Assembly: GCA_963703955.1 (NCBI GenBank)
Contig: CAVPGK010000005.1
Span: 1-64,000, forward strand
From: Nitrospirota bacterium
Lineage (GTDB): Bacteria; Nitrospirota; Nitrospiria; Nitrospirales; Nitrospiraceae
Direction: 5' to 3'
DNA: 64,000 nucleotides
Shown in pieces: positions 29,886 through 40,844 of the stretch; within the stretch, counting starts at the first letter, position 1, and every line of letters begins with the position of its first letter. A program made the position numbers and the translations under genes. The notes under the pieces were generated by a model. The model worked only from the letters and a program-made list of their open reading frames with translations. It ran no database searches and was not told the DNA's origin.

Positions 29886-32627
29886 ATGAGCCCCACGGTT
29901 GACGAGGATGATTTGTCTAGCATTCTCATCGTAGATGACGAGCCGGATATCCGGGAGACCCTCAGCGATATGTTGGAACACGAGGGGTACCGGGTTCACG
30001 CGGTGGGGACCGGGGTCGCCGCGATTCAGCAGGCGTCCCAATTCCGATATGGAGCTGTTTTGCTGGACATCGGGCTGCCGGACCTCGACGGGCATTCCGT
30101 CTTGAAAAACTTGATGGAAATGGATTCCACGCTGCCGGTCGTTATTCTAACCGGGCAGGCGACCGAACAGAATACCATTGCGCCGTTGACGAAGGGCGCT
30201 TTCGCCTATGCAACCAAGCCATATAATCCGAAAGAAATCAAGGCCGTGCTCCGCCGAGCCGTGGGGGTCAGGGCTCTGTCCGCCAAGGCCGAAACGGTTG
30301 AAACCGCCCTTAGTGAAAGCGAGGAACGGTTCAAGTCGGTGGTTCAGTCTACCGCGGACGCGATCATCTTGGCGGACGAGGGAGGGCGAATCGTTTTTTG
30401 GAATAAGGCCGCGCAGCGCATGTTCGGCCATGCGGCCGATGAGGTCATGGGGAAGTCTCTGACGATGATTATGCCGGAGCGCTACCGCGTGGGCCATCAA
30501 CGAGGGCTGGATCGGGTCCGACTCTCGGGCGGGACTCACGTGATGGGAAAGACCTTGGAGTTGCACGGTCTCCGGAAAGACGGCAGCGAGTTTCCGGTGG
30601 AGTTATCGCTGGCCATGTGGGGGGCGCAGCAAGCACGGTTTTACGGCGGAATCATCCGCGACATCACCGAGCGGAAAAGGGTTGAGGACGCGCTTCGACG
30701 GAGCGAAGAACGCGTCCGGCAACTGGCCGAGAATATCAGGGAAGTCTTTTGGCTGACGGCGGTCGATAAGAACGAGATGATCTACGTCAGCCCGGCCTAT
30801 GAGGCGATATGGGGGCGGACCTGCGAGAGTCTCTATGCCGCTCCCCGCTCCTGGCTTGACGCCATCCATCCGGAAGACAAGGAACGGATCGTCGGCGCGC
30901 TGCCCAAACAGGTGAAGGGAGAGTATCAGGAGGAATATCGGATCCTGCGCCCGGACGATGGCGTGGAGTGGATCCGAGACCGCGCCTTTCCGATCCGCGA
31001 TGAAACCGGGAAGGTCTATCGTGTGGCGGGATTGCGGAATGCATCACCGCCCAGAAAATTGCGGACCAGCGATTGGCCGCTCAGTATGCGGTGGCCCGCG
31101 CCCTGTCCGAATCCGCCACGTTGGCCGAAGCCACCCCGAAGATTCTACAGGCCATCTCCGAGAGTCTGGGGTGGGATATCGGAGCCCTCTGGTCGATCGA
31201 TGAGCAGGTCGGTGCGTTGCGCTGTGTTCATGTCTGGCATGCTCCCGGCATCAAGGCCGTGAGCTTCGAGACGCTCAGTTGGGAGATGGTCTTTCAACGT
31301 GGCATCGGACTGCCGGGACGGGTATGGGCCGGTGGCGAGCCGGTCTGGATAACGGATATCACCAGGGACCCGAATTTCCCGCGTGCCGCCGTTGCCGGCA
31401 AAACGGGTCTGCACGGGGCTCTGGCGTTTCCGATCAAATTGCGTACCCAGGTATTGGGGGTCCTCGAATTCTTCAGCCGCGAGATCCGCCAGCCCGACGA
31501 AGATCTCCTCCGCATGCTCGGCGCCGTCGGCAGCCAGATCGGTCAGTTTACGGAACGCAAGCAGGCGGAGGAAGCCTTACGGGTGGCCTACGACAAGATC
31601 GACGCGATTCTCGTGTCGTTGCCGTGCGCGGTGTTGATCGTTGATCAGGATCAACGGGTGGTCTACGCCAACCCGCTGGCGTGTCAGCACTTTTGGCCGG
31701 AGCATGGGACGCTGGCCGGAAGTTTGTTGCATGACGTATTGCCGCTGACCGCCGTGCAGTGGCAACGCCTGCTGACCGACCTGCGTGAGACGACCGCTCA
31801 GAGCAGGTCACCCCAAGAGCGCGAGTTTGAGGCGCATAAGCGCATGTATCGATATCGGCTCTTTCCCGTCACGCTTCGGGAGACCTACCGCCTGCAGGCG
31901 GGCATCGTCCTCTGGGACATTACAGAACAGCGGTTACTTCAGGATCAACTGATCCAGGCGGAGAAGCTGTCCAGTCTCGGCACGTTGGTGTCCGGTATGG
32001 CTCACGAGATCAATAATCCCGTTCAGGGCATCATGGGGATGGCGGAGATCATTTTGCAGGAAGAGAATCCGGACAGAAGTGAAGGAATACGCCGGTGATA
32101 TCGTCAAATACTCCGAGCACGTCGGCTCGGTCGTTCGGGACTTCGCCTGTTATGCCCGGCCGGCTTCCCGAGACCGTATCACGGAGCTGGATTTCTGCGA
32201 ACGTCTGTCCGAGGCGGTGAAGTTGGTCCAGAGGGGCCCGAAGTTCGGACACATCCAGGTGACGACCGATTATCAGCCGGTTCCTCGGTTCAAAGCGCAT
32301 CGCACCGAAATCGATCAGGTGTTTATCAATCTGATCAGCAACGCCGTGGACGCGATGGCCGGCAAGGGGCGGCTGACCTTATCGACCTTGATGGAGGGAG
32401 ACGTTATCACGGTGCGTGTCTCCGACACGGGGAGCGGGATTCCCAAGTCGATCTTAAGCAAGATCTTCGATCCGTTCATGACCACCAAAGATCCGGGGAA
32501 AGGGACGGGATTGGGCCTTAGCATCGTTCATCGGATCGTATCAAAATATGGCGGGCGGATCGGCGTGGAGAGCCAGGAGGGCAAAGGCACCACGTTCACA
32601 ATTCAATTTCCACAAGAACCGAAATAA
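29886..32627 (+). CDS. REC-PAS-PAS-GAF-PAS-HisKA-HATPase kinase split by frameshifts near 31030 and 32078
   Basis: Three overlapping ORFs join into one domain order; [29 protein letters not shown]. Confidence 0.85.
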
Positions 32628-32639
32628 CAGGAGGTCTGT

Positions 32640-33071
32640 ATGCATACCCAATACGCGGCCAACGGTCGACAAGGACGAATCCTCATCGTCGAGGATGAAC
32701 CCCAGGTGAGAAAGCCGATTTCTCTCATGCTCAGGAAAGAAGGGTATGAAATCGTGGAGGCGGAAGACGGGGAGCAGGCGATTCAGAAAATCGGCGACGG
32801 AGACAACGCCTTGATGGTGGACACGATCCTTTGCGATATTCGGATGCCCAAGATCAACGGAGACGAGGCTATTGTGTATTTCAGAGGTCAGTTTCCGACG
32901 GTGCCGATTGTGGTGATGACGGGCTATCCGGACGTAGAACTCGCCGTGTCTTTGATGCGGAAAGGTGTACGAGACTATCTGGTGAAGCCAGTGTCCAAGG
33001 ATGAATTGCTGACCGTGATGAAGAAATCCGTCGAGCAGCACGTGATCATGAAGGACCAATTTACGATCTAA
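32640..33071 (+). CDS. Single-domain response regulator
   Basis: VEDE, CDIRMPKING, MTG, KP; AGGAGG RBS. Confidence 0.92.
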   Translation: MHTQYAANGRQGRILIVEDEPQVRKPISLMLRKEGYEIVEAEDGEQAIQKIGDGDNALMVDTILCDIRMPKINGDEAIVYFRGQFPTVPIVVMTGYPDVELAVSLMRKGVRDYLVKPVSKDELLTVMKKSVEQHVIMKDQFTI

Positions 33072-33120
33072 CAAGCTGCCAGGCTCTGTTCAAAGCATTA
33101 GTGGTAGGCTAAGGCCATGG

Positions 33121-33144
33121 AAAAAGCCGCATCTCGGCGCGGCT
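33121..33144 (-). terminator. Probable intrinsic terminator
   Basis: Minus strand AGCCGC-loop-GCGGCT followed by a T run, between convergent genes. Confidence 0.45.
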
Positions 33145-33250
33145 GAGGGTGGGGAGGGCGAAACATCGGGTGAAACGCCGCCTGGCGCAGGCGGGTGATT
33201 GACCTTTACAAACAGACTCGACCACATATCCAGTTATTCTGCCGAAGAAG

Positions 33251-33997
33251 TCATACCTTCTTACCTCCCAAAAGAGCCTTGAGGCCGAAGTAACCGAAGG
33301 CGTCTTTCAGGTTTGAGTACAGGCGGTTGAAGCGACCCATCTCCTGGTTGGTGACGTATTCCATCGTCAACGCGACGCGCTCTTCACCCTCTCCGAGCGG
33401 GGTCACGGCATGCCAGAGCTTGTCGCCGTTAAAAATCACCATTGTGCCGGGCTTTGTGGCGAGTTCTAGTTCTTTCATCTGTTGGGAGGGGTCATCCTTA
33501 TAGAGCTGGCAGACCAGCCGGCAGGACGGGGATCGATCGATCAGCCCAACGAGAATCGTATAGCGGGCGCCCTTGTAGTATGACGTATCATAATGAAACC
33601 CAATATGGTCCCCCGCCTCGGTGTAATAGTATAGAGCGCAGGCGTGCGGGTCGTTTTCCGGGCAGAGCATCAACCGTTCGCCGACCAGCCGGCTGAGGAA
33701 ATCCATGAACACTGGTGACTTGTAGAGGTCGAGAAAGGCCGGCGCCTCCTCTCTCACCGTATAGTAACTGACGCTACCGCCCTTTTTGTGTCCGGGGAGA
33801 TAGTTCCGATTCAGCTTGGGTTTTAATCGTACGACTTCGGGGACAAGCCATTCATCCACGACGGTCTGCGGAAGAAACCGTTGCAGACAGACAAACTCAT
33901 TCTGCTCCCAATACTCTTTCCGCACCCGCTCGAAATCCAATGACGCGATGGCTTGCTCAACCGCTTCGGCGATGCCCTTCACATTGGCTGCAATCAT
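33251..33997 (-). CDS. 2-oxoglutarate/Fe(II) oxygenase
   Basis: HYD (HxD), distal WHAVTP, ERVALT. Confidence 0.85.
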   Translation of the reverse strand: MIAANVKGIAEAVEQAIASLDFERVRKEYWEQNEFVCLQRFLPQTVVDEWLVPEVVRLKPKLNRNYLPGHKKGGSVSYYTVREEAPAFLDLYKSPVFMDFLSRLVGERLMLCPENDPHACALYYYTEAGDHIGFHYDTSYYKGARYTILVGLIDRSPSCRLVCQLYKDDPSQQMKELELATKPGTMVIFNGDKLWHAVTPLGEGEERVALTMEYVTNQEMGRFNRLYSNLKDAFGYFGLKALLGGKKV

Positions 33998-34097
33998 ATC
34001 GATCCTTTGCCTCGCATCAAGAAATACTGACGATTCGTCTACCGACGCCGAGTATAGCGATGCCTGAGGCCATTTTCATAGCCTCGACCGACTCGAT

Positions 34098-34925
34098 TCA
34101 TTGCTGCGGGATGAACGAAGACGCTTTCACAACTTCGACGCCCGGAGGAACGTCGAACGTGAACAGGTCGGGCTTCAGGCCGGCGTTGGCCTTCAGGTTA
34201 CTGAATTGAAAGGTCGAAATGTTGCCGCTGATCTCATGGAGTGACACGGTCTTGATGAAGTAGGTCTTTGGCTGCACTTCCAGCACGATGCGGACGAGCG
34301 CCCGACTGGATTCCGATTCTGAGACCTTCGGCACCAGTGTCACGAGCGGAATTCCGCCTTCTCCGCGCTCCCCGTCCTTCGTCGGTTCCACATCGAACTC
34401 CTCCTCAATCTTCGCCACGCCCTGCAGAAGCTGCAGCGGGGCCTGCGAGGCCGCCATCTGCGTCAGTTTTCCCACCAGCACCTGTTTGTGCTCCGGTACA
34501 TACATCATGACCTCATCCCGATTCACGTAAATCTCCTCCACGTTCGGATCAAGGTAATCCCATCGGAGCAGGCCGGGTTTCTTAATCGACACCCGCCCGC
34601 TCGACATGAGCGGCGTGGCGAACCCTTCGATCCGAGTCACCTGCTTGAAGTCCGCCTGCAGATCCTTCGTCTGCTCATAGCGCGCCTGCAACTTCTTGAT
34701 CACCTCTTTCACCGCCTTCAGTTCTTTCGCTTCCAGCCCCTCCTCAGCCGCCATCACGCCTCCAGCCGCAAGTAGGGTGGACACTACAACGACAAAGGCA
34801 ATAGTGAAAAAGGAGGGGCAGGGGGGTTGCTCGTTACTGCGCGCGTCGGGCGAGCACATTCCGATCGTGCGCGCTCCGCGAGCACGAGGAGCAGCCCCCC
34901 TGCCCCTCCCTCCGAATTTCTTCAT
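34098..34925 (-). CDS. lolA: Outer-membrane lipoprotein carrier LolA
   Basis: ADFKQ, SGRV..KKPG.LRWDY, DLFTF; follows ftsK with ATGA overlap. Confidence 0.9.
   Translation of the reverse strand: MKKFGGRGRGAAPRARGARTIGMCSPDARSNEQPPCPSFFTIAFVVVVSTLLAAGGVMAAEEGLEAKELKAVKEVIKKLQARYEQTKDLQADFKQVTRIEGFATPLMSSGRVSIKKPGLLRWDYLDPNVEEIYVNRDEVMMYVPEHKQVLVGKLTQMAASQAPLQLLQGVAKIEEEFDVEPTKDGERGEGGIPLVTLVPKVSESESSRALVRIVLEVQPKTYFIKTVSLHEISGNISTFQFSNLKANAGLKPDLFTFDVPPGVEVVKASSFIPQQ
34812..34909. repeat. Palindromic repeat (21-bp arms, conserved core) inside the lolA 5' end
   Basis: Arms GGAGGGGCAGGGGGGTTGCTC / GAGCAGCCCCCCTGCCCCTCC; core shared with 45894-45985. Confidence 0.85.
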
Positions 34926-37339
34926 GATTCCTCCTCGCCAACCGGCCCTTTTCGCCCAATCACCTCCCGCCGCCCATCCCGCGCCGGCGCGCTCACAATC
35001 CCTTCCTCTTCCATGCGCTCGATCATCCGCGCCGCCCTGGGATAGCCGACCCGCAACCGGCGCTGAATCAGCGAGGCGGAGGCCTGCCCTGAAGAAATGA
35101 CGAGATCCTTTGCCTGCTCATAAACCTCGTCCCGCTGCTGCTCTTCCACCACATCCTCCTGACGCAGCGACTGCAGCTCCTCCATGTATGCCGGCGCGGC
35201 CTGCTTCTTCACGAACTCGACCACGCGGCGTACATCGTCGTCCGGCACGAAGGAGCCGTGCAGGCGAGTCAGCCGTCCGGTCCCAGAGGCGAGGTACAAC
35301 ATGTCGCCCTTGCCCACGAGCGCTTCCGCACCATTGGCATCGAGGATGGTGCGCGAATCGGTTTTGGAGGAGACCTGAAATGCAATCCGGGCGGGGAAGT
35401 TCGCTTTGATCAGCCCGGTCAGGACATCAACCGAGGGGCGTTGCGTCGCCAGCACCAGGTGAATGCCCGAGGCTCTCGCCATTTGCGCCAACCGCGCGAT
35501 CTTGTCTTCGACCTCTTTGGGCGCGACCATCATCAGATCCGCCAGCTCGTCGATCATCACGACGATATACGGTAACGGGGTAGGAGGCGTCGGGGGCGCC
35601 GATGATCCGGTATCGGAGGCCACGCTTTCACCGGCGGACAGCCGATCTTCCTCAGGGAGAAACTCGATCGGCAAGTCCGTCTGCTCGGGAATATCTTTCT
35701 CGCGCGACTTTGGAATGTGACCTTGGGCCTCGGCCACACGCCGGTTGTAGGTATCGACATTTCGCACACCCGCTTCGGCCAGGAGCCTATAGCGACGGTC
35801 CATTTCCTGAACCACCCAGCCCAGGCCGCGTGCGGCTGACTTGGGATCGGTGATCACGGGCCTGAGAAGATGGGGAATGCCGTCGTACGACTGCAACTCC
35901 AACATTTTAGGATCGATCAGGAGCAGTTTGACCTCATCCGGGCGAGCCGCAAATAAGATGCTCAGCAGCATGGTGTTGAGGCTCACGCTTTTCCCGGCGC
36001 CCGTGGCGCCGGCGACGAGCAGATGGGGCATGGTCTTTAAATCGGCGGTGACCGGCTTCCCGAAGATATCTTTTCCCAGCGCCAAGATCAGCTTGGACCT
36101 GGAGCGGGTGTAGGCCTCACTGGTCAGCACCTCCTTGAGCGAAACGGTCTCACGAAACAGATTGGGCACTTCCACGCCGACCACCGATTTGCCCGGTAGG
36201 GGCGCGACAATGCGCAAGCTTGTCGCCTTCAAAGCCAGCGCCAGATCATCGCTCAAATTGACGATGCGAGCGACCTTGACTCCCGGGGCCGGTTCAAATT
36301 CATACATGGTGACGACCGGGCCGGGGTGAATTTCAGTCACTTTTCCTTCGATGCCGAAGCTCAATAGCGCGCGCGTGAGGACATCGGACTGGCCTTTCAG
36401 GGCATCGTCGGTCATCCGTTCCAGTGGGCCGGAGGGGTCGCTGAGTAATTCATCGGGGTCGGGCAGCATGTAACCAGCCGCAACCGGTCGAGACACGATG
36501 ATCTCAGAAGCCCCCGCATTTTCCGCAACCGACCCAGCAATAGATTGAGCCGGTGCCTCGACGGCGCGGGTCATTGGAGCCTCAGCCGCCTCCGCGCTCT
36601 CCTCATCATTGGACTCATCTTCCACGGGAAGCGTCCGATGGATCTTCACCGGCTTGGGCCTCGTCCTCTTGGCCTTTCCAGGTTGCGTGCCGGGCGCCGG
36701 AAGGAGTGCCGCCATCGTCTCCGACAGCGAGGCCCACCAGTCGGGCACACGCCTCCAGAGTTCCCCTAGCGACATAGGCGTGGCCAGCAAGAGGGACACA
36801 AGCAGACCGGCTAAGACAAGAATATGTGCGCCGGTACTGGCGAAGGCCCCCCGTAGGTTATCCGCAATGAACCCTCCAATGACGCCCCCCGCCAGCCCTC
36901 GTTGTACAAGTCCACTGGAGAGGGTCGGAACGCCGATGAGTTCCAAATGCAGAAAACCGCTCAGGAACAGCACGGCGGCCAGCGATCCAGCGGCGCTCCG
37001 AAGCGTGACACTAAGCGCGCCTTCGACGAAACAGCGCGCTCCCAGCATGACCAGGAGAAAGGGAAAGAGGTACGCAGCGGCCCCAACGAGCCAAAAGAGA
37101 GTGGCGGCGAGGGACGCTCCCACGGTGCCGATCATATTCCGGGTGGGAACGGGCGTGCCCGTGTGCGAAGGAAAAGAACTAAACTGCGGAATGTCAGTTG
37201 GAGAGAAGGAGATCAGGCTTAGGAGCGTCAAGAGCCCGAGCGTCAACAGCAGAACGCCGATGACTTCATGCTTGACATTGGAGGTTTGACGGGAGGCACT
37301 GCGGGCGTCACCGCGCTTCGCCGTGGTGGAGGCACCCAT
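34922..37339 (-). CDS. ftsK: DNA translocase FtsK
   Basis: N-terminal TMs, GPVVT.YE, HLLVAGATGAGKS, ATQRPSVDV, gamma domain LIQRRLRVGYPRAAR. Confidence 0.97.
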   Translation of the reverse strand: MGASTTAKRGDARSASRQTSNVKHEVIGVLLLTLGLLTLLSLISFSPTDIPQFSSFPSHTGTPVPTRNMIGTVGASLAATLFWLVGAAAYLFPFLLVMLGARCFVEGALSVTLRSAAGSLAAVLFLSGFLHLELIGVPTLSSGLVQRGLAGGVIGGFIADNLRGAFASTGAHILVLAGLLVSLLLATPMSLGELWRRVPDWWASLSETMAALLPAPGTQPGKAKRTRPKPVKIHRTLPVEDESNDEESAEAAEAPMTRAVEAPAQSIAGSVAENAGASEIIVSRPVAAGYMLPDPDELLSDPSGPLERMTDDALKGQSDVLTRALLSFGIEGKVTEIHPGPVVTMYEFEPAPGVKVARIVNLSDDLALALKATSLRIVAPLPGKSVVGVEVPNLFRETVSLKEVLTSEAYTRSRSKLILALGKDIFGKPVTADLKTMPHLLVAGATGAGKSVSLNTMLLSILFAARPDEVKLLLIDPKMLELQSYDGIPHLLRPVITDPKSAARGLGWVVQEMDRRYRLLAEAGVRNVDTYNRRVAEAQGHIPKSREKDIPEQTDLPIEFLPEEDRLSAGESVASDTGSSAPPTPPTPLPYIVVMIDELADLMMVAPKEVEDKIARLAQMARASGIHLVLATQRPSVDVLTGLIKANFPARIAFQVSSKTDSRTILDANGAEALVGKGDMLYLASGTGRLTRLHGSFVPDDDVRRVVEFVKKQAAPAYMEELQSLRQEDVVEEQQRDEVYEQAKDLVISSGQASASLIQRRLRVGYPRAARMIERMEEEGIVSAPARDGRREVIGRKGPVGEEES

Positions 37340-37458
37340 GGGGACGATGGTAGCACAGGAGGGAGGTGAATTCAAAAGGAGAAGGGGGGGTATGTCCACC
37401 AGCTTCTCATTTCCCAAGGCTAAACAAGAGGCGGAATACGTGATCAGATTGAGAAGGT

Positions 37459-37839
37459 CTATCGATCAGCACCGGTCGTACCAGGAGTGCCGGCTCCAAA
37501 ATCGGGGTGGACTCCCTCACTCCTGAATCCCCCGCCTGTACCTAATATAGGCAGGCTACGACTTGGACTGGTGACCGGTCCTGGTTCAATGATCGAACGA
37601 AGATCTGACCCCCCCGACAAAAAATCAGAACCTCCCGGTGAGATGGTAGGTCCAGTCATCGACTCTCCGGGCATCAGAGCGCTACTGGGAGAGCTTGGCG
37701 CCCGATCTTCTGACCCGAAGCGGCCGCCCGGAGCCATGCCCGGACCAGGTGTCTCCGGTTGTTGTGAGGCGGAAGGCAAGGCGATACCCATCGCGATGAG
37801 GAAAGACACAAGGATCATAAGGGGCGAGTAGGTCTTCAT
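37459..37839 (-). CDS. Secreted low-complexity Pro/Gly/Ser-rich hypothetical protein
   Basis: Signal peptide, AAGGAG RBS. Confidence 0.6.
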   Translation of the reverse strand: MKTYSPLMILVSFLIAMGIALPSASQQPETPGPGMAPGGRFGSEDRAPSSPSSALMPGESMTGPTISPGGSDFLSGGSDLRSIIEPGPVTSPSRSLPILGTGGGFRSEGVHPDFGAGTPGTTGADR

Positions 37840-38128
37840 ATATCTGTCTCCTTCTATGCCTGGTGAGTTCTATGATCCCTGATGCTCTATTTCTTCAATT
37901 CTGATTGTCGCACTCAGTTGGATCGTGACAAAGGTCTCCATACGCGGGCCCTCCGTTACTCACCGATGAACGATCCGGCGCGAGGGCAGTGCTTACTATT
38001 CTAATGGAAAAGCTCCCAAGACGTATAGACGAACGATGGGTAGGAAGCGGGCATGAAAGGGAGCAGTAAGGTCGCGTAAATGAGAGATGAGGCGGAGCGG
38101 GCTTGGTGAGGTCGAAGGCAGGGGCTAT

Positions 38129-39373
38129 TTAGACTAAGGCTCTCACCTCGTTACGACCGGCTTGCTTGGCGCGCAGCAGGGCTTGGCCTGCTGCTTTCAT
38201 CACCTGATCGGCCTTGGTCAGGTGCTGGTTCGGTTCAGCGACGCCGATGCTGATCGTCACGACGAGCTCCTTTGAAGCAAATTGATCCATCGCCTTGATT
38301 GTTCTCAGGCCAGGCCACCGGCGGGGCAGACTAATGGACGAGGTTTCAACGGCAGTCCGGAGGGTCTCGAGGTGGGGCAGGACGTCAGCCGCGGATTTAC
38401 GTCGAAAGATCACCACGAACTTGCCGCCATCGTAGCGGAAAGCTTCACCGCCACCGGACACATTCGCTATCTTTTTCGCGACCAGTTGTAATGCCAGATT
38501 TCCGAGAGAGTGCCCATAACGTTCATTAACCTGCTTCATCTCGTCAATGTCCACGATGGCAATGGCATACCGACTCCCCAAATTGTGCAGGATTTCATCC
38601 AAAGCGGGGCGGCCTCGAATGTTCGTCAGCTCGTCATAATAGGCCAATCGGTACTCATCTGCATAGATCGCGACGATCAGAATAAGGCCGGCCCCGGCCA
38701 AAAAATTGGTGGAGGACCAACCCAGTCGGGTGCCGTCCAGTGCGATAAATACCGCTATCAGTGCCCAGAAAAACCCTCGATCGAGTCGGCTCCTATGGAG
38801 AATGAAGCGAGATGTGACAAGGACAAACGCCGAGCCGAATGCCAACAGAGACGACTGGCTGAGAGAGGTCCATCCTGTATAACGGGGATCGATGAACGTA
38901 ATCTCCAGTGACGCCGTTCCAGCAGCAGTAAGCTCGGATTGCTTTGAGAAACAGAGCCAGATGACGAGGAGCGCTTGCACGAGAAGCAGGCTGACCCAAC
39001 CCAGCTCCCGGCGGACGGCCAACCCTCGCTCTCGGATCAGCGACAGTGCCAAGAAGTTCAGCGGCACCAGCAGCCCGACCGCGTTGAACACCGTGCGGCC
39101 GACACCTGCTGCGACAATACCCTGTGCAAAGAACTGCAAAGCGCCATCAGCTATGACCAACAGCAGCGTGGCAAACATAACCCGACTGAGCCCCACAAAC
39201 CACCCGAGCAGCATCCCCGCTCCGAGAACAATGTAATCGCATATCATCACGAACATCCCGGTCCACGCGGGTAAACCGGTGGGGCGGAGCAGACCCACAG
39301 CTGCCAGCAGCAGTAGGCCGTCCGGCAGAACAAAGGAAGAGAGCATTCTGAGAAGGGCGTTGGCTCTTATCAT
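38129..39373 (-). CDS. Multi-TM protein with a degenerate GGDEF domain
   Basis: YDELT, VDID..K.VN..YGH, FRY-DGGKF, VTISIGVA, AK..GRN. Confidence 0.85.
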   Translation of the reverse strand: MIRANALLRMLSSFVLPDGLLLLAAVGLLRPTGLPAWTGMFVMICDYIVLGAGMLLGWFVGLSRVMFATLLLVIADGALQFFAQGIVAAGVGRTVFNAVGLLVPLNFLALSLIRERGLAVRRELGWVSLLLVQALLVIWLCFSKQSELTAAGTASLEITFIDPRYTGWTSLSQSSLLAFGSAFVLVTSRFILHRSRLDRGFFWALIAVFIALDGTRLGWSSTNFLAGAGLILIVAIYADEYRLAYYDELTNIRGRPALDEILHNLGSRYAIAIVDIDEMKQVNERYGHSLGNLALQLVAKKIANVSGGGEAFRYDGGKFVVIFRRKSAADVLPHLETLRTAVETSSISLPRRWPGLRTIKAMDQFASKELVVTISIGVAEPNQHLTKADQVMKAAGQALLRAKQAGRNEVRALV

Positions 39374-39706
39374 CCTTTTAAGCTAGCGGAGAGTTGTGGC
39401 CGAAAGATAATTGTATCTGAGGATGTGCAAGGGTGGAGAGCCCCACGAAACCAATGGGTTGAGAGGCGCATGCCGGTTGAGACCTCTCGATACTGATAGG
39501 GAAGCATCCCAAAGTCGGTCGAAGCTGGCGCTTCATAGGATCCAGGATGAATCCCAAGGCTCCAAGGGACACGGTCCCAAACAATAGACTGTCCCAGAGT
39601 CGACCAAGAACTCATCCGTGGCTTTTTTCCTCGGACTAGCAGGATTGATGATGCTGGCGGTTATATGCCTGAGTCCCATGTGACCATGCTTTTGAAGTCA
39701 TATCGG

Positions 39707-40558
39707 TCAGTCAAGCCGCCAATGCCTTCCTATCGCGTTCGAAAATGCTGCAAATTGCGCCAATGTCAGAGTCTCGGCGCGGCGGGATGGGTCGATGCCG
39801 GCGTGCGACATGGCGCGTGAGATCTGTTCTGCTAGGAGACCTTCATCGCGGAGAGAGTTTGAGAACGTCTTGCGGCGGTGGGCGAAGGCCGCGCGTACGA
39901 TGCGGGTAAACAGTGCATTGTCTTTCACGTGAACAGAAGGTGATTCTCGCATCATCAGGCGAACAACGGCGGAGTCCACCTCCGGTCGAGGGCGGAAGCA
40001 GGTCGCTGGAACGCGAAAGGCCAAAAACGGCTCCGTCCAATACTGCGTGAGGACGGAGAGGACACCATATTCGCTCGTGCTCGGTTTGGCCACCAGCCGT
40101 CTGGCTACTTCTGTCTGTAACATGAGCACCATGCGATCGATCCGATCGTGGGTATCGAGCAGTTTGAACAGCAACGGGGTCGAGACGTAGTAGGGGAGGT
40201 TGGCGACAACGACGGTTCCTGCGCGGAGCGTGTGGATGGGGAAGTCAAGCGCATCGCCCAGCCGGAGATCGAGATTGCGACAATCGGTCAGCGTCTCGGT
40301 GAGGTACTCGACGAGCTGCGGATCGAGTTCGACGGCCGTCACCGATCCGGCCGTGGCGCATAACGCGCGGGTGAGAATGCCGCGCCCCGGACCGATCTCC
40401 AGCACCGAGTCATCCGGTCCTAGGGCTGCGAGCGCCACGATCTTTCGGACGATATTGGGATCGATCAAGAAGTGCTGCCCGAGGCGTTTGTCAGGGCGCG
40501 GAGCGATGGGGGGGCGGTCACTCGTCACGAGGCGCTCGTTATCCGCCTTTCTTCGCAT
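39707..40558 (-). CDS. rsmA: 16S rRNA adenine dimethyltransferase
   Basis: LGQHFL, LEIGPGRG, VANLPY, RRAETL. Confidence 0.96.
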   Translation of the reverse strand: MRRKADNERLVTSDRPPIAPRPDKRLGQHFLIDPNIVRKIVALAALGPDDSVLEIGPGRGILTRALCATAGSVTAVELDPQLVEYLTETLTDCRNLDLRLGDALDFPIHTLRAGTVVVANLPYYVSTPLLFKLLDTHDRIDRMVLMLQTEVARRLVAKPSTSEYGVLSVLTQYWTEPFLAFRVPATCFRPRPEVDSAVVRLMMRESPSVHVKDNALFTRIVRAAFAHRRKTFSNSLRDEGLLAEQISRAMSHAGIDPSRRAETLTLAQFAAFSNAIGRHWRLD

Positions 40559-40844
40559 GCTCCAAGAGGGTGACCAGAAAATTGCGATAGGTCTCGGCCT
40601 CGTCGTTCAGTTCTTCGAGAAGATCATTGGTAAAGGACGGCCCTGGGTCCGTAGCCGAAAAGCGGGTGGCCTCCTCCTTGCCGACGTGCTGGGCCAACAG
40701 CTCGCTTGTCCTCGTTTTCCATTTCGCGATTTGCTCGGTGCCCGCCACGACGTTCAACCCGACCGTGGCTTGCTTGACGATATCATCCAGTTCCTTGATT
40801 TGGAGCTGGATCACGTCCAAGGCGTTTGTGGGACCGTCGGTCAT
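40539..40844 (-). CDS. Hypothetical helical protein
   Basis: ATGA-coupled to pdxA, overlaps the rsmA start, protein-like composition. Confidence 0.7.
   Translation of the reverse strand: MTDGPTNALDVIQLQIKELDDIVKQATVGLNVVAGTEQIAKWKTRTSELLAQHVGKEEATRFSATDPGPSFTNDLLEELNDEAETYRNFLVTLLEHAKKGG

Noticed and set aside
33251..33997. BesD-like halogenase
   Set aside because: Motif is HxD (HYD); halogenases have Gly or Ala in place of Asp
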